Shown: positions 59,068 through 64,000 of the stretch, one piece after another
How the letters are laid out: each line of letters starts with the position of its first letter
How positions within the stretch are numbered: position 1 is the first letter of the stretch
Source: Octopus vulgaris
Lineage: Eukaryota
DNA: 64,000 nt
Assembly: GCA_951406725.2 (NCBI GenBank)
Contig: OX597821.1
Location: 18,166,001 to 18,230,000 of the forward strand
Direction: 5' to 3'
Translations under genes and position numbers: made by a program
The notes under the pieces: model-generated
Seen by the model: only the letters and a program-made list of their open reading frames with translations
What the model was told of the DNA's origin: nothing
Databases searched by the model: none

Positions 59068-60450
59068 TACAGGGGCCCGGTTACTGGAAACGAAATGCAT
59101 CGTTCCTGGTGCATCAAATTTACAGAGATCGAAATAGAGAAATCGTCAACAACTGTTGATGGTTAGCCCTGAAAAGAGCTTTTAAATCAGAACCGATAAG
59201 ATTTAGTAAGGAAATAGTGATAGAGAATTCTAAAGTAAAATGAGAGCTTAAGCAAAGGACTGCAGCTAACGAACAAGGCAACGAGGTTGGCCCTTGACCA
59301 ATTCTTTAACACTTTAAGGATGAATGTAGCGTTGTCAGAGGCTGGATGCGTGCTCCAAGCTATGAGAGAAAGAAAGTGTTCGATGGGACCGAATGGTAAA
59401 GGGTGCAACACAGCAACAAAACCACATTTTGGTCTTTGGTGGCACAAGAGGAGCGCATGTTACTCGATTCCAAGCAGGTGTGCGGCATTTCAACTGTTTG
59501 AGGTAGACAGTAGACTGGAAACGGAGGTGGACTTACCAACTTCCTCAACGGTTTCTCGCACCTCTCGGGTAGGAATGCGGAGTTCTGTGAAATGCTGACA
59601 ACAACTGATGAAAAAGGGAAGTGATACCTGGTAGCATAACAGAGAAGTCACCAGAGTTGGATGGTCTGCTGTACGAATTTTATCGTTACATGACGGGCTT
59701 GTTCTGGGCATTCTTGGCAGATGTCTGTCTACTAAAACTGGTAGGAAAACAGGAGAATTCCCACTACTGCAAAATGAGATGTACTGATGTACTGATGCTG
59801 CTGAGAAAGGACCTAAAAAAGAAGGATGATTTTAACGACATCAGGTACATAACTAAATGCAAACTTGAATATTTTGGCCAAGCTCTTAACAAAGAGGTTG
59901 ACGCGTGTCCATATTCTGGTAGCTGAAGCACAAACATGCGCCATACAAAGATCTATCCACAACCTCCACTTCACTCGATACATCATGGAAAGAAAGGTAA
60001 AGAATCTGGAATGGGTGGGGCCCAGATCAATTTAGAACAGCTGAAAGCTTTCGATAGGGTCGACCATCGATAATTGGCGGCTGTCCTGAAGAGGCTGGTT
60101 TGAGATTTGTCTCCAGAAGCAGGATCGCTACAATTTACAGCGACATTTGCTCGATGATAAGAATGAATGAGCACTTGTCGGAATATTATGCATTCGGACC
60201 GTTAAGGAAACCTATCCTCATCCTTCTGAACGTACTGATTCTCGGGCGACTACTAGAGAAATTGTAGGTTTCGATGGGCATCCAAACAGAATTAAGAAGC
60301 AGAAGATCTATTTTTGCATATGCGGACAGTGCGGGCACCAAACACATCGAGGTGATCGGTCTTATTCGAAGAGAATACCAGGCGTGACAAGAGAAAAATT
60401 AAACAAAACTCGTGGAGCCTACAACTCAGTACCTGGGGGGACATAACAAG
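59068..60450 (+). pseudogene. Older degenerate Tx1-like ORF2 fragment, same lineage as 19578-22956
   Basis: QGPGYWKRNAS, KSPELDGL.YE, KAFDRVDHR and AYAD; colinear with the younger copy. Confidence 0.8.
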
Positions 60451-60489
60451 ATATTGTCTTCAGAGAGCAAACAAACACACTCACACACA

Positions 60490-60557
<68 letters not shown>

Positions 60558-60596
60558 TAGATACATATCAACGAAAAAATTCAGTGAAATCCATGA

Positions 60597-60907
60597 ATAG
60601 TTGAAATTTATAGAAAAACAAAAGACGAAGACAGGTGGATGAACAACAAGCAAGTGTATTAGTTTGATGCACGGGAAAAATGAAAAAGTCTTTTATGTAT
60701 CGAGCCTACGCTCTTCGACAGAAAGAAATGAGAAAATGTTGGACCGCTGAAATCTACACGTTTTTTTTTGTCTTTTTTTCATTCTCTCTCTTTTTATTTT
60801 CTCTTATTCGTTTCTGTCGAAGAGCGTAGGCTCGAAACGTAAAAGACTTCATTTTTGCCGCACGTCACACCTGTCTCCGTCTTTTGTGTATCTACAAATT
60901 TCAACTA
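60597..60907. mobile_element. Short inverted-pair pseudo-LTR-like element with two minimal hammerhead motifs
   Basis: Ends TAGTTGAAATTT / AAATTTCAACTA; motifs at 60689-60726 (minus, mutated) and 60811-60846 (plus). Confidence 0.65.
60811..60846 (+). ncRNA. Minimal hammerhead-like motif with CUGUCGA core
   Basis: UUU-CUGUCGA-A-GAGC-GUAG-GCUC-GAAAC-GUA-AAAG; helix III is reduced to the palindrome ACGU. Confidence 0.55.
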
Positions 60908-60931
60908 GACAGGCAGATTGATAGATAGAAA

Positions 60932-61032
<101 letters not shown>

Positions 61033-61099
61033 CAGAGTTGATTAATAGACAGACAAAGTGATCTTTTTCGGATTTATGATTCACCGACGATATATATAT

Positions 61100-63140
61100 A
61101 TGGATCTCATCCATAATGTGAAAGTGACACCGACACTACTCTCGGATCACAACATGGTAGAGCTGACCATGTACGGGCCAAAGGAAAGCATGGACATGCA
61201 GCCTACAAGAAACCCTCAGAATCTTTCCAGCTTGAACTTCCATAAAGCAAACTGGAAACAAATTGAGAAAGAGATCCTCAAACAAAACTGGCCTGAATGT
61301 CTCTCCTCGCCAGACATCGACGTGAAACTTCAACAATTCATGTCTGTAATGCAAGCCATATGCTACAAATGTGTCCCAGAGAGAAAGGCCACTGTACACA
61401 AGAACAAAATCCCCAGAGAGAGGAAATTTTTAATGAGACGGCGTACAAAAATTTCAAATCGCCTAAACAAACAAATTGAAAGCAGTGAAAAGTCCCGCCT
61501 GAAAATAAAACTGTTGGAAATTGAAAAATGTCTGCAACTCTCCCATGAAAAGGAAAGAGCAGACAAAGAAGCCTGGGCTATAGACAACATAAAATCTAAT
61601 CCCAGAGCTTTCTACAGGTATGCCAAAGAAACAGCTACGGTGCACTGTAGGATAGGGCCACTCCTTGAAAAGGATAGCACACTCACAGGAAAACCAATGA
61701 GGGTAAGTGAAATACTGAATGAGCAATTCAAGAGTGTTTTCACTCCACCCCTTGGGCATTTCCAAATCACCAATTCAACTGACTTCTTTACCACTGCAGA
61801 TATAAAATCAGAGGCGGCGACGATAAATTACATCGATATAAAGGAAGACGATGTAATAAAGGCTATAGATGAAATGAAAACAGACTCAGCTACTGGCCCC
61901 GATGGATTCCCGGCAATCCTCCTAAAAGTATGTAAGAGAGTCCTAGCAAGACCACTGCAGTTCCTCTTTCAGAGCTTCCTTGCAGCTGGCAAACTTCCAA
62001 GAAAACTGAAGGAAGGTAAAATATGCCCTATTCATAAAGGAGGTAGCAGAGCGGAGGCCAAGAACTCTCTGACCTCACACATCAGCAAGGTCATGGAACG
62101 AATAGTCAGAAGGAAACTGATCACCTTCCTTGAAGAAATTGACTTGCTGCCTGACACCCAACATGGTTTCCGACCAGAGAGAAGCTGCTTAACTCAGCTC
62201 CTACAACACTATGACTGGGTGCTGAAACAACTGCTCAACCACTCAAATGTATCTCGACTTTGCAAAGGCCTTTGATAAAGTCGATCATGGAATGATATGT
62301 CACAAACTGCGTGATCTCAGCATAGTTGGAAAACTGGGAGAATGGCTTCATGACTTTCTGAAAGATAGAAGTCAGGTGGTAGTAGCCAATAGGGCCACTT
62401 CCATTAACACGCAAATAGTGAGCGGTGTTCCGCAGGGCACTGTTTTGGGACCACTACTGTTCATAATGGCCCTCTCAGACATGCTCTCAGCCACGCAGAG
62501 AGCCACGATCACAAGTTATGCAGATGATACAAAAGTTTCACAGGTAATACAGAACCCTGAGGACACTAAACGCCTGCAATGTGAGCTGGACAAAATATAC
62601 AAGTGCGCTGAAAAGAATAGCATGCAGTTCAATGCTGAAAAGTTTCAAGCTTTATACTATCAGCATGCAAAACTAAATGCAATACCCAATGAATACACTG
62701 GACCCGGAGGAATTGCAATCCCAGAGGCACAATCAGTGTGTGACCTGGGTATTTACATGAGTGATGACGCAACCTTTCGTGTACATGTTGCTAAATTGGC
62801 AATGAAATGTAGACGACTGGCCGGATGGATTCTCAAAACCTTTAGAACAAGAGAACAGGAAACCATGATGGTCCTCTGGAGGACACTTGTCCTAAGCCAC
62901 TTTGACTATTGCTCTCAGCTATGGTCACCATCCAGTGTCAAGTTGATCACAGAACTTGAGGCGATCCAACGTAGCTACACAAAGAAGATAGCCTCTATGC
63001 AGAATATAAGCTACTGGGAAAGACTCAAGAGATTAAAACTCTATTCCTTGGAGCGTAGGCGAGAAAGATATGCCATAATATACATCTGGAAGATCCTGGA
63101 GGGACTTGTCCCAAACTTTGGCATCGAGAGTTACACAAAT
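61100..63140 (+). mobile_element. CR1-group LINE ORF2 fragment (end of APE, RT), frameshift near 62250
   Basis: SDHN, ATGPDGFP, QHGFR..RSC.TQL, LDFAKAFDKVDH, SGVPQGTVLGPLLF, YADDTK, LERRR. Confidence 0.88.
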
Positions 63141-63149
63141 ATATATATA

Positions 63150-63549
63150 CTAGTAGTATCGCCCGGCGTTGCTCGGGTTTGTAAGGGAAATAACTATATA
63201 AGCATTTTTAGAGAGTTATAGCCAAAAATTAGCAAAAAAAAATGCATTAAAAATGGAAAAAAAATTAAGGTAAATTTTTTTTTAAATCGTTGACACATCG
63301 TAGATATTTTTAGAGAGTTACTTCCCTTATATAATAGCGAAAAAAATGCATTAAAATGGAAAAATATGATGGTAAATTTTTTTTTAATCGTAGACTCATC
63401 GTAGACGCGCGCTAATACCCAGAAGGGCTCGATATGACTCACGACTTTAAGATACCCGCTTTTGGTGAAACTGCACCGCAAAATGTGGGAGTAGTTACGA
63501 ATCTAAATCGTAGGAGACAGACACACAACTTCAGTTTTATATATAAAGA
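63150..63549 (-). mobile_element. Helitron family A, free-standing copy
   Basis: Same termini as the other family A copies. Confidence 0.88.
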
Positions 63550-64000
63550 TATAAGCCACGTAGTTATATACACATACTTTGTTATATACACATTCTTAAA
63601 AGAAAATGTTATTTTGAACACAACATTTATAAAGAATAAAATATTTTTTGGTTTTTCTTAACCCTTTCGTTACTATATTTCTGACCAAAATGTGTTTCAA
63701 TTATTTTCTAACGTAATCATAAATTTACAATATATTAACATGAATTTTGGAAGATAATTTAATGAAATGTTCTCAACCAATTCTATACTATAATTTTTTT
63801 CACAAAGTGATTCTAGGTACTTGTCTATTGTCGTGGTCCCGGTTTTGCACACGCGAATTCGCGCGCGCGCGCCAGACGTAGGTACTCGAGATCCTACGAG
63901 GTGACTTGCGCATGCGCAGTGCAGAATTCGCGCATGCGCGTTACCCCCCCCTAAAAAAAAAAGGTGTTGGATTTCACTAAAAATATATGTGTGTGTGTGT

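Overview
AT-rich animal DNA, very likely octopus or another coleoid cephalopod (inferred from the SINE families, the microsatellite load and the transposon repertoire). No host protein-coding gene can be supported; most listed ORFs are microsatellite read-through. The window is mostly transposable-element remains. Helitrons: three adjacent composite non-autonomous copies plus a fourth, a short second family, and a rearranged autonomous relic. Retroelements: a solo LTR, several Penelope-like elements (PLEs) with inverted pseudo-LTRs and type I hammerhead ribozyme motifs, a near full-length Tx1/L1-clade LINE in a GATA array, R4/Dong-like LINEs in (TAA)n, and RTE and CR1-group LINEs. Also two mariner relics and many tRNA-derived SINEs. 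Best leads: (1) hammerheads with non-canonical cores (CCGAAGA, CCGAUGA, CUGUCGA) in different PLE families; (2) a SINE whose 3' stem-loop tail matches the 3' end of the Tx1-like LINE, and which also occurs as a U6 snRNA-SINE chimera and as head-(body)x3 multimers; (3) mosaic Helitrons carrying RTE and PLE fragments. All calls are by eye; no database search was run.
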